DNA of 64,000 bases from Parcubacteria group bacterium (GCA_016181845.1 JACOYO010000003.1:16185-80184); one strand, 5' to 3'. Shown: positions 1 through 8,673, counted from the stretch's first letter. Notes: a model not told the origin generated them from the letters alone. A program made the numbers and translations.

Positions 1-444
1 GCTTTATCAGTTGAAAAGAATTATCCGCATCGGGCCGCGCTTTATGATAAACTCCTCTCTTCCGAGACAAAAAACGCCCAAAAAGAAACCGTTGACGCGG
101 TGACGTTTGCGGTGGTAAGCACGGCGTACACCGTGCACGCGCGCGCGATTGTGGCGCTTACTGAATCAGGCCTCACCGCGCGTATGCTCTCGCGATATCG
201 TCCGGAACAGCTGATCATCGTAATGAGCCCGCGCGAAGAAACCATCCGCCAGCTCTCGCTTTCTTTCGGATGTTCATCCGCGCATATTGATGCGTTCACC
301 GATATCACCGAGGTGATGAAAACAGTGCGAACTTTTGTACTGACAAACAAAATTGCAAAAAAGGGAGACCGCGTGGTTATCGCCGCGGGTATTCCATTTG
401 GCAAATCCGGTGGCACCAACCTGCTTTTGGTTCAAGTAGTGTAA
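1..444 (+). CDS. pyk: pyruvate kinase, C-terminal fragment (5' end outside window)
   Basis: Frame 1 is open from nt 1 and reads ...VALTESGLTARMLSRYRPEQLIIVMSP...KGDRVVIAAGIPFGKSGGTNLLLVQVV, which is the typical PK C-terminal regulatory domain; stop at 442-444. Confidence 0.75.
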   Translation, partial: ALSVEKNYPHRAALYDKLLSSETKNAQKETVDAVTFAVVSTAYTVHARAIVALTESGLTARMLSRYRPEQLIIVMSPREETIRQLSLSFGCSSAHIDAFTDITEVMKTVRTFVLTNKIAKKGDRVVIAAGIPFGKSGGTNLLLVQVV

Positions 445-455
445 AAACTATAAAC

Positions 456-782
456 ATGATATCAATTGATGATTTTGCAAAAGTGGATATGGCTGTCGGG
501 AAAATTTTGTCTGCAGGAAAAATGCCCGATGCTGACAAACTTTTAATACTAAAAGTGGACTTTGGAGAAGAAGCGCTACGACAAGTGATTTCAGGAATCG
601 CGCTTCACTTCCCCGCTCCTGAAACATTAATCGGGCGCAAATTTATTTTTGTAACCAATCTTGAGCCGCGCGTCATTCGCGGCTTTGAAAGCCACGCGAT
701 GATTTTGGCCGCAAACACACCAGACGCATTTTCTCTGCTTGAAGTAACCGATGCAATCCCCGCCGGCACAAAGTTGAAATAG
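456..782 (+). CDS. tRNA-binding (EMAP/CsaA/YgjH-like) domain protein
   Basis: 108 aa; ...GKILSAGKMPDADKLLILKVDFGEE...IGRKFIFVTNLEPRVIRGFESHAMILAA matches the OB-fold tRNA-binding domain found at MetRS C-termini and in CsaA. Confidence 0.65.
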   Translation: MISIDDFAKVDMAVGKILSAGKMPDADKLLILKVDFGEEALRQVISGIALHFPAPETLIGRKFIFVTNLEPRVIRGFESHAMILAANTPDAFSLLEVTDAIPAGTKLK

Positions 783-895
783 ACTTACTTGTGAGCTAAA
801 CTACTTGGGGGGGTTAACCTCCAAATATATTTTGATGGTAGTTTTATCCCCTTTCTTTGTTTGAGTTGCAATCTATTTATTATATAATTGATAAT

Positions 896-1024
896 ATGAT
901 GGGATATTATAGTGGCTGGGGTATGATGGGAGGCGCAGGCACGTTCGGCATTATCACATGGCTTGTGATATTTGTTGATTTCGTGCTACTCGGCATCTGG
1001 CTCTGGAAACAAATCAATAAATAA
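896..1024 (+). CDS. putative 42-aa hydrophobic micro-protein (MMGYYSGWGMMGGAGTFGIITWLVIFVDFVLLGIWLWKQINK)
   Basis: Absent from the ORF track because it is short. ATG at 896 sits directly after a TTGCAA-17-GATAAT-like promoter (about 870-895), so it may be leaderless. It encodes one predicted TM helix; stop at 1022-1024. Confidence 0.25.
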   Translation: MMGYYSGWGMMGGAGTFGIITWLVIFVDFVLLGIWLWKQINK

Positions 1025-1028
1025 GAGT

Positions 1029-1790
1029 ATGTTTAATTTATCGGGTAAAGTCGCATTGGTAACCGGTGGGAGACGCGGCATGGGTAAGTCACACGCGCTT
1101 TTTTTGGCGCGCCAAGGAGCTAAGGTTATCGTAACTGATATCAATGAAAATGAATGCGCGCCGGTAGTTGAAGAAATAAATGCGGCGGGCGGCGAAGCAA
1201 TGTGCGTCAAAATGGATGTTTCGGACAAAGCTGACGTAGATTCTGCTTTTGACCAAGCGATACGGAAATTCGGGCGTCTTGATATTTTGGTCAACAACGC
1301 AGGAATCTACATCCAAAAACCAGCGATGGAATTAAGCGAGGAAGAGTGGGATAAAACGATAACTGTTAATCTCAAGGGTCAGTTTCTCTGCGCCAAGCGT
1401 GCCGCAAAAGAAATGTCAAAAAATAAATGGGGGCGGATTATCAATATCGCTTCCGTTGCGTCCGGTCAGGTTGGTATCGGTATCGCCGGCGGCGCGCACT
1501 ACACGGCATCAAAAGGCGGCGTTATTGGAATGTCGGAAACACTTGCTATTGAATGGGCGCCTTTGGGCATCAATGTAAATGTTATCGCTCCCGGAGCAAT
1601 AGATACACCCATGGTACAAGCGGCGCAAATGCCGAAAGACGCGATGGACGCCATGCTTTCACGCGTTCCGCTAAAAAGAATCGGGAAACCGGAAGAAGTC
1701 TCCGCTATGATTGTCTTTCTTGCTTCAAATGAAGCAAGTTATATTACCGGAGCAACTTTCTATGTAGACGGCGGATGGCTTGCGGCTTGA
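1029..1790 (+). CDS. SDR-family oxidoreductase (3-oxoacyl-ACP reductase FabG-like)
   Basis: Start moved to M20 of the track ORF (MFNLSGKVALVTGGRRGMG...). Carries the TGGxxGxG Rossmann motif, NNAG, and S...YxxxK (YTASK). Confidence 0.85.
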   Translation: MFNLSGKVALVTGGRRGMGKSHALFLARQGAKVIVTDINENECAPVVEEINAAGGEAMCVKMDVSDKADVDSAFDQAIRKFGRLDILVNNAGIYIQKPAMELSEEEWDKTITVNLKGQFLCAKRAAKEMSKNKWGRIINIASVASGQVGIGIAGGAHYTASKGGVIGMSETLAIEWAPLGINVNVIAPGAIDTPMVQAAQMPKDAMDAMLSRVPLKRIGKPEEVSAMIVFLASNEASYITGATFYVDGGWLAA

Positions 1791-1791
1791 A

Positions 1792-1820
1792 TTGACATTT
1801 ATAACTCATTATAGTATACT
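1792..1820 (+). promoter_or_regulatory. sigma-70-like promoter TTGACA-17-TATACT upstream of the csp gene
   Basis: TTGACA 1792-1797, 17-nt spacer, TATACT 1815-1820; followed by an approximately 100-nt leader, as is typical for cold-shock genes. Confidence 0.5.
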
Positions 1821-1918
1821 CAACTAATCAAATCAGAACTGTAAGAGAAACGAAGTCGGGTTTTTTCATACAGCATTTTGTATTTGAATATTTACTCGAA
1901 TAAGTTTCTTTTATCGCA

Positions 1919-2119
1919 ATGAATCAAGGAACAATCGCGCGTCTCACTGATCGTGGATTCGGCTTCATTGCTCGTGAAGGTGAAGAGAAAGATCTTTTCT
2001 TCCATTCAAGCGGGCTTTCAGGCGTACAATTCAACGAACTTCAGGAAGGCGACAAGGTATCTTTTGAAGTTACCAACGGTCCGAAAGGTCCGAGCGCAAC
2101 AAACGTTACGCGAATCTAA
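1919..2119 (+). CDS. cspA: cold-shock protein (CspA family)
   Basis: 66 aa; GTIARLTDRGFGFIAREGEEKDLFFHSSG... carries the RNP1/RNP2 cold-shock-domain motifs. Confidence 0.9.
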   Translation: MNQGTIARLTDRGFGFIAREGEEKDLFFHSSGLSGVQFNELQEGDKVSFEVTNGPKGPSATNVTRI

Positions 2120-2126
2120 TGAAACA

Positions 2127-2158
2127 AAATCCCCCGACAGACCGTCGGGGGATTTTGT
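2127..2158. terminator. bidirectional intrinsic terminator hairpin (copy 1 of a repeated 32-bp palindrome)
   Basis: aaaatcccccgac-agacc-gtcgggggatttt: a 13-bp stem flanked by an A-run and a T-run. Confidence 0.6.
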
Positions 2159-2204
2159 TTCATAATCGGCATACACATCAGGCATACCGACATCCGGTCG
2201 CATT

Positions 2205-2238
2205 CAAAAAATCCCCCGACAGACCGTCGGGGGATTTT
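2205..2238. terminator. bidirectional intrinsic terminator hairpin (copy 2, identical to 2127-2158)
   Basis: Identical palindrome 78 bp downstream, between convergent csp (+) and gdh (-). Confidence 0.6.
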
Positions 2239-2245
2239 GTATTAG

Positions 2246-3499
2246 TCAGCCTCCGCGTATGTGCGAGGCTTCCAAAATGTTCTTCACTGATTTGGCATAC
2301 GCGCATACGCGCAAATTTTTGTCCGTCACGTATATGCTGTCTGCCACATCCGTTGTTTGTCTCTTTAGTTTTTGAAACACTTCTTCCGTGGTCCACCGAT
2401 ACCCATATAAATTCTGGACCCACTCAAAATAACTGACGATGACACCGCCGGCATTTGCCAGGATATCCGGGATAACATACACGCCGTTTTTGTATAATAG
2501 AGCATCAGCTTCGGCGGTAATCGGAGCGTTCGCAAGCTCCAATATAATCTGCGCTTTAATCCGCGGAGCGTTCTCAATGGTTATTTGTCCACCAAGCGCC
2601 GCGGGAATGAGCACATCACAAGGAATTTCAAGGAGCTCTTCATTGCTTATTTTTTGAGCGCTTCTCAAAGACCCATGCGAGATATCCGCTAACGCAGTCC
2701 CCGATTTCTTTGCTTGGGCAAGCACATGGATTGGCAAACCTTCTTTTTCAAAGAGCCCACCGCTTGAATCGCTCACCGCGATAATCTTGCATCCTTTTTC
2801 TGAAAGAATGTCAGCCGCGTTGAGACCAGCATTCCCAAACCCCTGAATCGCCACCGTACGATGCGGCAATTGCAATTTGTTGCGTCGCTGGAGAAGGTAT
2901 TCAAGAATATAAACACCACCAAGAGCCGTCGCGACATCGCGTCCGCGAGAACCTCCGAACATAAGTGGCTTTCCTGTGATAACGGCAGGCGCGCTGACTC
3001 CTGAAAGTTTCTCATACTCATCCCTCATCCACGCCATAATTTGAGGATTGGTATACACGTCCGGAGCCGGAATGTCTTTTTGCGGTCCAAGATTGGGATA
3101 GAGACCACGCACAAATCCGCGGCTCAATCGTTCAAGCTCCCAAATTGAAAGCATTTTTGGATCAACTTCCACTCCCCCCTTTGCTCCGCCGAAAGGTAAG
3201 CCCGACAAAGAAGTCTTTAGGCTCATAAGAAACGCGAGTGTACTGACTTCTTCCAAATCAATATCCGGATGGAAACGAATGCCTCCCTTGGTCGGACCAA
3301 GCGCGTCGTTATACTGCACACGATACGCGTTAAACCTTTTTATTTTTCCGGAATCCATCCGCACAGGTATCGTAAAAATATACACGCATGCCGGATGTGT
3401 CAGTAAAAATGTTTCTTCCGGAGAAAGCGGAAGTTCTCCGTCAAGTAGGGCTAAATATTCTTCGGCATGCGTACATGCCGTTTTATCTTTTGAATTCAT
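2246..3499 (-). CDS. gdhA: Glu/Leu/Phe/Val dehydrogenase family, glutamate dehydrogenase-like
   Basis: 417 aa; ...GGIRFHPDIDLEEVSTLAFLMSLKTSLSGLPFGGAKGGV... (catalytic Lys in GGAKGG) plus a C-terminal NAD(P) Rossmann domain (GFGNAG). Confidence 0.8.
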   Translation of the reverse strand: MNSKDKTACTHAEEYLALLDGELPLSPEETFLLTHPACVYIFTIPVRMDSGKIKRFNAYRVQYNDALGPTKGGIRFHPDIDLEEVSTLAFLMSLKTSLSGLPFGGAKGGVEVDPKMLSIWELERLSRGFVRGLYPNLGPQKDIPAPDVYTNPQIMAWMRDEYEKLSGVSAPAVITGKPLMFGGSRGRDVATALGGVYILEYLLQRRNKLQLPHRTVAIQGFGNAGLNAADILSEKGCKIIAVSDSSGGLFEKEGLPIHVLAQAKKSGTALADISHGSLRSAQKISNEELLEIPCDVLIPAALGGQITIENAPRIKAQIILELANAPITAEADALLYKNGVYVIPDILANAGGVIVSYFEWVQNLYGYRWTTEEVFQKLKRQTTDVADSIYVTDKNLRVCAYAKSVKNILEASHIRGG

Positions 3500-3528
3500 A
3501 CGCTTCTCCTTTCGGACGATGAGCAGTG

Positions 3529-4506
3529 TTAAGAAGAATGAGTATCCAGGTTTCGTTCAAACTCATGTAATCGTTTCCAGATACTCCGCAATTCGGTAAT
3601 CGTTGTCCAATTATGGATAAACAGCGCAAGGCTTCCGTGTACTTGGGAAAAAGCATTTGAGACTTGAATCAAGACTCCAAGCGTAATAACACCGGTAAAC
3701 AATCCGGGTGCCATGATAAGATACGGCACAATGACCATGCATTGGTCATAGGTATTCAACCAAATGTCAAAATACCCATAATGCAAAAAGAGACGCTGAT
3801 AATTAAACCGAATTCCGGCAAATAATTCTTTCAGAATCGGCAGAGAAGCATGTTCAATTTTATTGTCCTCGCCATACACCAATTCTTTGCGAAACGCCGC
3901 CTCCACTTTTTGATTATTGTATTCAAGCCCCGGCAATTTAATACCGACAAACCAAGAAATAATCATTCCACCAACACTCACCAGAAGCGCCGCCCAGACG
4001 AGCGACCCGGGGATGTCCTTGATAATCGGCAAATCGACGCCATGTCCCAATTTCCACAAAACCGGAAGAAAAGCGATGAGGGTCATGAGCGCTCGTATCA
4101 CTTGCAGACCGAGCGATTCCACAATGCGCGCAAACCGATAGGTGTCTTCTTGGATACGCTGACTCGCTCCTTCAATCTCTGCCGCCACATTTCGCCAACG
4201 CGGAATATAATCAAACGTTATTGCCTCGCGCCAACGCAATGAATAGAGACGGGTAAAATAAGCAGTTATGGTTGCTAGAAGGACATAGGGCATTGCAATA
4301 GAAAGAAACGTTCTTATACTTTTCCAAAATTCAGACAAAGAATGTTCCGTCGCTTTTTGCAACATGTCATAAAATCCACCGTACCAATCATTTATCAGCA
4401 CAGACATGTGCACTTGCGCGTAGAGAGAACAAAATAAAAATACGCCGCCACCATATGCCCAAAACATCCATTTTTTGTTTAGGAAAAAGGCTCGTATCAT
4501 GAGCAT
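3529..4506 (-). CDS. polytopic membrane protein, SbmA/BacA-like (putative peptide/antibiotic uptake permease)
   Basis: 325 aa with multiple TM segments. The ...RIQEDTYRFARIVE... and ...QVSNAFSQVHGSLALFIHNWTTITELRSIWKRL... regions resemble the SbmA_BacA family. Called from memory, not searched. Confidence 0.4.
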   Translation of the reverse strand: MLMIRAFFLNKKWMFWAYGGGVFLFCSLYAQVHMSVLINDWYGGFYDMLQKATEHSLSEFWKSIRTFLSIAMPYVLLATITAYFTRLYSLRWREAITFDYIPRWRNVAAEIEGASQRIQEDTYRFARIVESLGLQVIRALMTLIAFLPVLWKLGHGVDLPIIKDIPGSLVWAALLVSVGGMIISWFVGIKLPGLEYNNQKVEAAFRKELVYGEDNKIEHASLPILKELFAGIRFNYQRLFLHYGYFDIWLNTYDQCMVIVPYLIMAPGLFTGVITLGVLIQVSNAFSQVHGSLALFIHNWTTITELRSIWKRLHEFERNLDTHSS

Positions 4507-4637
4507 ACCCCACGTTTAATTTGTGTTTTGAGAACTTGTTTTGGGAACTTAGTTCCCAAGATGTCAAAGAAATAACTGCCCTAAAACTACTCCTCTCCGC
4601 CAATAAAAGCAATCAAACTCCATGAAGGACCGAGACT

Positions 4638-4669
4638 CCGTGAAGGACCGTCCTTCACGGGTGTTTTTG
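4638..4669 (+). repeat. palindromic hairpin plus T-tract (copy of the gtgaaggaccgtccttcac repeat family)
   Basis: ccgtgaaggaccgtccttcacgg then gtgtttttg. Related copies at 7551-7571 and 59039-59053. Confidence 0.5.
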
Positions 4670-4677
4670 ATTCAACA

Positions 4678-4749
4678 AATTCGGCTATCGCATAGCCGAA
4701 TTCGGCAACAAATTCGGCAACAAAAATTCGGCTATCGCATAGCCGAATT
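4678..4749. promoter_or_regulatory. two identical 25-bp palindromes (aattcggctat-cgc-atagccgaatt) bracketing two ttcggcaacaaa direct repeats; putative operator
   Basis: Palindromes at 4678-4702 and 4725-4749, about 140 bp upstream of typA. Confidence 0.4.
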
Positions 4750-4886
4750 TGAATGTTTTGGAAAAACTATACTTTTTCTTTTTGATATGGTATTATGTGG
4801 TTTACTCGCTTAAGGGTCGGTTCAAAATCTCCAAGCGCATGGGGATTTTTTCTTTCAGAAAAGCGCGCGTATTAAAATCTCTACTT

Positions 4887-6683
4887 ATGGACATCCGAAA
4901 CATCGCTATCATCGCCCACGTGGACCACGGGAAGACAACGCTCACCGACGCGATTCTTTCGCAGACCCACGCAGTCGACACCGGCATCAGCATGGACAGC
5001 AACGCGCTTGAGAAAGAGCGTGGCATTACGATTTACTCAAAAAACGCGTCGGTAATCTATAAAGGGACAAAAATAAATATTGTTGATACGCCAGGACACG
5101 CCGATTTCGGTTCCGAAGTGGAACGCGTGCTTCGCTCTATAGACTCGGTGCTTTTGGTGGTGGACGCGCAGGAAGGCCCGATGCCGCAGACACGATTCGT
5201 ATTGAAAAAATCCTTGGCGCTCGGATTGCGCCCAATTTTGGTTATCAATAAAATTGATAAGCCCGCCGCAAACCCCGACCATGTACACAACGAGGTTTTT
5301 GAACTTTTCTCGGAGCTCGGCGCTACGAACGAACAGCTTGATTTCCCGGTCATATACGCTATCGGCCGTGACGGTATCGCGAAAAAAAATCTCACGGACG
5401 ATTCAAAAGATATCACTCCACTTTTGGATATGGTGTTGAGCCATGTGCCAATCGCTTCGGGAAAAGAAAGCGAGCCTTTTTGCGCACAGCCGTTTAATCT
5501 CGCGTATGACAATTTTTTGGGACGGCTTGCTATCGTCCGCGTATATGGCGGCACTCTCGCGCAAGGCGCCGCGGCGTATGTCAAAAAACCGACCGGCCAG
5601 GTAATCAAAGGAAAAATCACAAAGCTTTTCACATTCTCCGGTATTTCACGCGTGGACACCGACACAATAACCGCTGGCGACATTGCAATTATCGCTGGGC
5701 TCCCCGATGCGTACATCGGCGACACAATCACCGATTCTCCGGACGTGCCGCATCTTGAGGCTATCGCCATAGACGAACCGACCATCGAACTGACCTTTTT
5801 AATAAATAATTCGCCTTTCGCTGGACGTGAAGGAAAATTCGTCACCAGCCGCCAGCTCCGCGAACGTCTTGAAAAAGAGCTTGAGGTCAACGTGGGCCTT
5901 AAAGTTGATTTTGATTCCGCAAGCGGAGGTGGCGAACAATTCACCGTCTACGGACGCGGCGAGCTACATATCGCTATTCTTATTGAAAATATGCGGCGTG
6001 AAGGGTACGAGCTTCAGGTTTCTCAGCCGCACGTCATCATGAAGACAATAGACGGCGTACGCCAAGAACCGTTTGAAGAAATTGTGGTTGATGTACCGGC
6101 CGAAATGCAGGGCGTCGTGATTGAAAAACTAAGCGCGCGTGGAGCGATGATGCAAAAAACGCACATGCACGAAAAGCGAATACTCCTTTCATTTGAAGGA
6201 CCGAGTCGCGGACTGTTCGGCTATCGAAACATGTTTATTATAGACACCAAAGGCGAAGGCATCCTTGCTACGCGCACAGTTGGCTATCGTCCGTACGCGG
6301 GAGAAATCGCCCACCGCGACACCGGCTCCATGATTTCACAGGCGGCCGGAAAAGCCGTCGCGTTTGCTTTGGACAACCTACAGAATCGCGGCACCCTCTA
6401 TATCAAAGAAAATACCGAGGTATACGAAGGCATGATTATCGGCAACACAACCAAAGGCGACGAGCTGACTGTCAATCCGCTCAAAGGCAAACAGCTCACT
6501 AACATGCGCGCGTCCGGTTCCGACGAAGCGATTCGTCTCGTGCCGCCGCACATCCTCTCCATTGAAAGCGGGCTTGAAATTATGGCTGATGATGAGTATT
6601 TGGAAGTTACACCCAAAAGCGTCCGCTTGCGAAAAAAATATCTCACCGAAAACGACCGCGCCAAAGCGCGCAGGAAAGAATAG
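4887..6683 (+). CDS. typA: translational GTPase TypA/BipA
   Basis: Start moved to MDIRNIAIIAHVDHGKTTLTD (G1 motif); DTPGHADF (G3), NKIDK (G4). 599 aa, EF-G-like domains. Confidence 0.9.
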   Translation: MDIRNIAIIAHVDHGKTTLTDAILSQTHAVDTGISMDSNALEKERGITIYSKNASVIYKGTKINIVDTPGHADFGSEVERVLRSIDSVLLVVDAQEGPMPQTRFVLKKSLALGLRPILVINKIDKPAANPDHVHNEVFELFSELGATNEQLDFPVIYAIGRDGIAKKNLTDDSKDITPLLDMVLSHVPIASGKESEPFCAQPFNLAYDNFLGRLAIVRVYGGTLAQGAAAYVKKPTGQVIKGKITKLFTFSGISRVDTDTITAGDIAIIAGLPDAYIGDTITDSPDVPHLEAIAIDEPTIELTFLINNSPFAGREGKFVTSRQLRERLEKELEVNVGLKVDFDSASGGGEQFTVYGRGELHIAILIENMRREGYELQVSQPHVIMKTIDGVRQEPFEEIVVDVPAEMQGVVIEKLSARGAMMQKTHMHEKRILLSFEGPSRGLFGYRNMFIIDTKGEGILATRTVGYRPYAGEIAHRDTGSMISQAAGKAVAFALDNLQNRGTLYIKENTEVYEGMIIGNTTKGDELTVNPLKGKQLTNMRASGSDEAIRLVPPHILSIESGLEIMADDEYLEVTPKSVRLRKKYLTENDRAKARRKE

Positions 6684-6785
6684 ACAGCACGACAAAAATT
6701 GACAAAATTATAATATATGTATAATTAAAAACGTAACTCGTTCTTTTCAACGCGGCTTGATTACAAAAGCAAGCCGTAAATACTA

Positions 6786-7472
6786 TTGGCGAAACCCTTA
6801 ATGAAAGGAAAAACCGCCATGGATAAACAAACCGGTAAATTAATTGCAAAGATAGCGGAGAACCTCCCCGACTTAAACAAGGACACTATGCAGTGGTGGA
6901 TAGAGAATCCGGATGCTCTTAAAAGAACGATCCAAGAATCTTTGCGCCCGCCTGGACAAAATCGTAAATGGCGCGAAAAAAACGGCGTCATCTACTTCTC
7001 GGTCACCAGCGACGGCACGGATGGCCCGGGGTGGATCAAGCGTCTAGAAGATCCGGAAGGCAACGGTTCCAGCCACGTTGATGACAATGCCAGGTGGGTA
7101 CTCCGTTCGCCGGACTTCAAACCGACAAGTGGTGTGACGACCAAGTGCGCTATTCTCAAGGGCACACTCTTCAAGGGCGACCACCGGATCACGAAGAATG
7201 TTCGCGCCGAGGCTGACAAGCGCAAGCTCTCGAAGCCCGACGCCGAACTGGCCTGCCTCATCCGTGAGAAGTTCACGAACAAGGAGATCGAAGCGATGGG
7301 CTTGATGTACATTGTTGCCATGCACGAACCCATCAACGACTCTGGCGGCAATCCGAGCTTGCTGTTCGCACTCTGTGAATACAATGATTGCTGGTTCGGC
7401 GCGCTCAACGACAAGTCTGACAGGTTGTGGCATCGTGAAGGTGGATTCGCCTTCGCCGTGTCGCAGTATTAA
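6786..7472 (+). CDS. hypothetical protein (no recognisable domain); compositionally chimeric
   Basis: 228 aa. Codon usage switches near nt 7030 from AT-rich (AAA Lys) to GC-rich (AAG Lys, GGC, CTC), unlike the neighbouring genes. Confidence 0.45.
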   Translation: MAKPLMKGKTAMDKQTGKLIAKIAENLPDLNKDTMQWWIENPDALKRTIQESLRPPGQNRKWREKNGVIYFSVTSDGTDGPGWIKRLEDPEGNGSSHVDDNARWVLRSPDFKPTSGVTTKCAILKGTLFKGDHRITKNVRAEADKRKLSKPDAELACLIREKFTNKEIEAMGLMYIVAMHEPINDSGGNPSLLFALCEYNDCWFGALNDKSDRLWHREGGFAFAVSQY

Positions 7473-7479
7473 TATACAA

Positions 7480-7528
7480 GCCCCGTTGCTTTTTGTTTCC
7501 AAACAAAATCAACGGGGCTATTTTTTTT
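7480..7528 (+). terminator. intrinsic terminator after the hypothetical gene
   Basis: gccccgttg...caacggggc stem followed by T8. Confidence 0.6.
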
Positions 7529-7581
7529 AAACACCTCTGTGAAGAGCCGTTTGTGAAGGACCGTCCTTCACAGAGGTGTTT
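7528..7581. repeat. nested palindrome containing the gtgaaggaccgtccttcac repeat, with alternative pairings
   Basis: aaacacctctgtgaag...tgtgaaggaccgtccttcacagaggtgtttt. Either tgtgaag copy can pair with the single cttcaca, so the two hairpins are mutually exclusive. Confidence 0.45.
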
Positions 7582-7594
7582 TGGTTAGAAAGCA

Positions 7595-7623
7595 TTGACG
7601 AAAAAAAGATTTGCTAGTATTAT
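7595..7623 (+). promoter_or_regulatory. sigma-70-like promoter TTGACG-17-TATTAT for the second csp gene
   Basis: TTGACG 7595-7600, 17-nt spacer, TATTAT 7618-7623. Confidence 0.5.
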
Positions 7624-7727
7624 GCTCCGTATCAAAACAGCAGGGCTAGAAATAGAATGGGAGTTGAGTTTTATTTCGTTAAAGACCGAGTTTTGAAGAA
7701 TTACTCAATTTTATTTTATTTGTAGTT

Positions 7728-7928
7728 ATGCAACAAGGCACTATCGCCAGACTGACAGACAAAGGCTACGGATTCATTTCGCGCGAAGGAGAAGCAAAAG
7801 ACCTTTTCTTTCACGCAAACGAACTCCGAGACGTCAGATACGACGAACTCAAAGAGGGAGACAGCGTTTCCTTTGAAATCGCCGAAAGCCACAAAGGCAT
7901 GCACGCAGTAAATGTGTCGCGCGTCTAA
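7728..7928 (+). CDS. cold-shock protein (CspA family), second copy
   Basis: 66 aa; GTIARLTDKGYGFISREGEAKDLFFHAN... Confidence 0.9.
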   Translation: MQQGTIARLTDKGYGFISREGEAKDLFFHANELRDVRYDELKEGDSVSFEIAESHKGMHAVNVSRV

Positions 7929-7945
7929 ATAGACTTTCCGTCGAT

Positions 7946-7995
7946 AAAAATAGCCCTTATTATTGCTTTTTTAGGCAATATAGGGGCTATTTTTT
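7946..7995 (+). terminator. intrinsic terminator
   Basis: aaaaatagccc...ggggctatttttt. Confidence 0.55.
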
Positions 7996-8112
7996 ATACA
8001 GAATCCAAGCCTTATTTTTTTACGAAAAAATTGACAAAAATATATAAACGTGCTAGAGTATTCAAATACGGCTAAAGAGAGCCGTTTTTAATTGGCTTAA
8101 AATATTCAAATT

Positions 8113-8673
8113 ATGGGTAATATCATTGGCTTATTTTTACTTGGAAATGTCATAACAAACGGCACTTTTGGCATAAGCATACTTCCTGCGCCCATCGTTG
8201 CCCAAAAAGAAGCGCCTGCAACTCCGGTCGCTCCATTGGACGAAAAAGAAATCCTCTGGCTCGCGCGCGGTGTTTATTCGGAAACTAAAAACGAAGAAGA
8301 AATGCGCCTTATCGCATGGGTCATCCGCAATCGTGTTGAGACAAAATACCGCGGCACCACTTATCAGGAAGTGGTAACAAGCGAGAAGCAATTTTCAGGA
8401 TTCCATGTATCAAGTTCGGAATACAAAAACAATCGCTCGCTTGATTATAGCGACATCAAAAACAAAGATTGGCGCGCGGCGCTTGCTATCGCAAAAAAAG
8501 TTTATACTGCAGATGAATCGGAGCGGCCATTTCCAAAAACGGTTCGCCACTTCTACTCTCCTGCATTGATAGACACTGCTCCGGAATGGGCGCGCGAAGA
8601 AAACCCGTATCAAAATATCGCATATTCGGAAATACCAAACCCTAATTTCGTTTTCTACAACGCAATTCAGTAA
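8113..8673 (+). CDS. SleB-like cell-wall hydrolase (Hydrolase_2 family)
   Basis: 186 aa, N-terminal hydrophobic segment. ...ILWLARGVYSETKNEEEMRLIAWVIRNRVETKYRGTTYQEVVTSEKQFSGF... matches the SleB/CwlJ catalytic domain pattern. Confidence 0.65.
   Translation: MGNIIGLFLLGNVITNGTFGISILPAPIVAQKEAPATPVAPLDEKEILWLARGVYSETKNEEEMRLIAWVIRNRVETKYRGTTYQEVVTSEKQFSGFHVSSSEYKNNRSLDYSDIKNKDWRAALAIAKKVYTADESERPFPKTVRHFYSPALIDTAPEWAREENPYQNIAYSEIPNPNFVFYNAIQ

Noticed and set aside
2018-2436. Track ORFs 1953..2165, 2018..2203, 2119..2436 and 2178..2423, which contain KSPDRPSGDF
   Set aside because: They run through the two identical terminator palindromes (the same peptide arises from the same palindrome on both strands). 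They also overlap the csp gene and the gdh 3' end, so they are spurious.
4506-4669. Small RNA (SRP-like) between the SbmA-like gene and typA, ending at the R3 hairpin plus T-tract
   Set aside because: The hairpins (tgggaacttagttccca and ccgtgaaggaccgtccttcacgg) are perfect stems. They lack the internal-loop and tetraloop signatures of SRP RNA domain IV. This is more likely a repeat-derived terminator than a housekeeping RNA.
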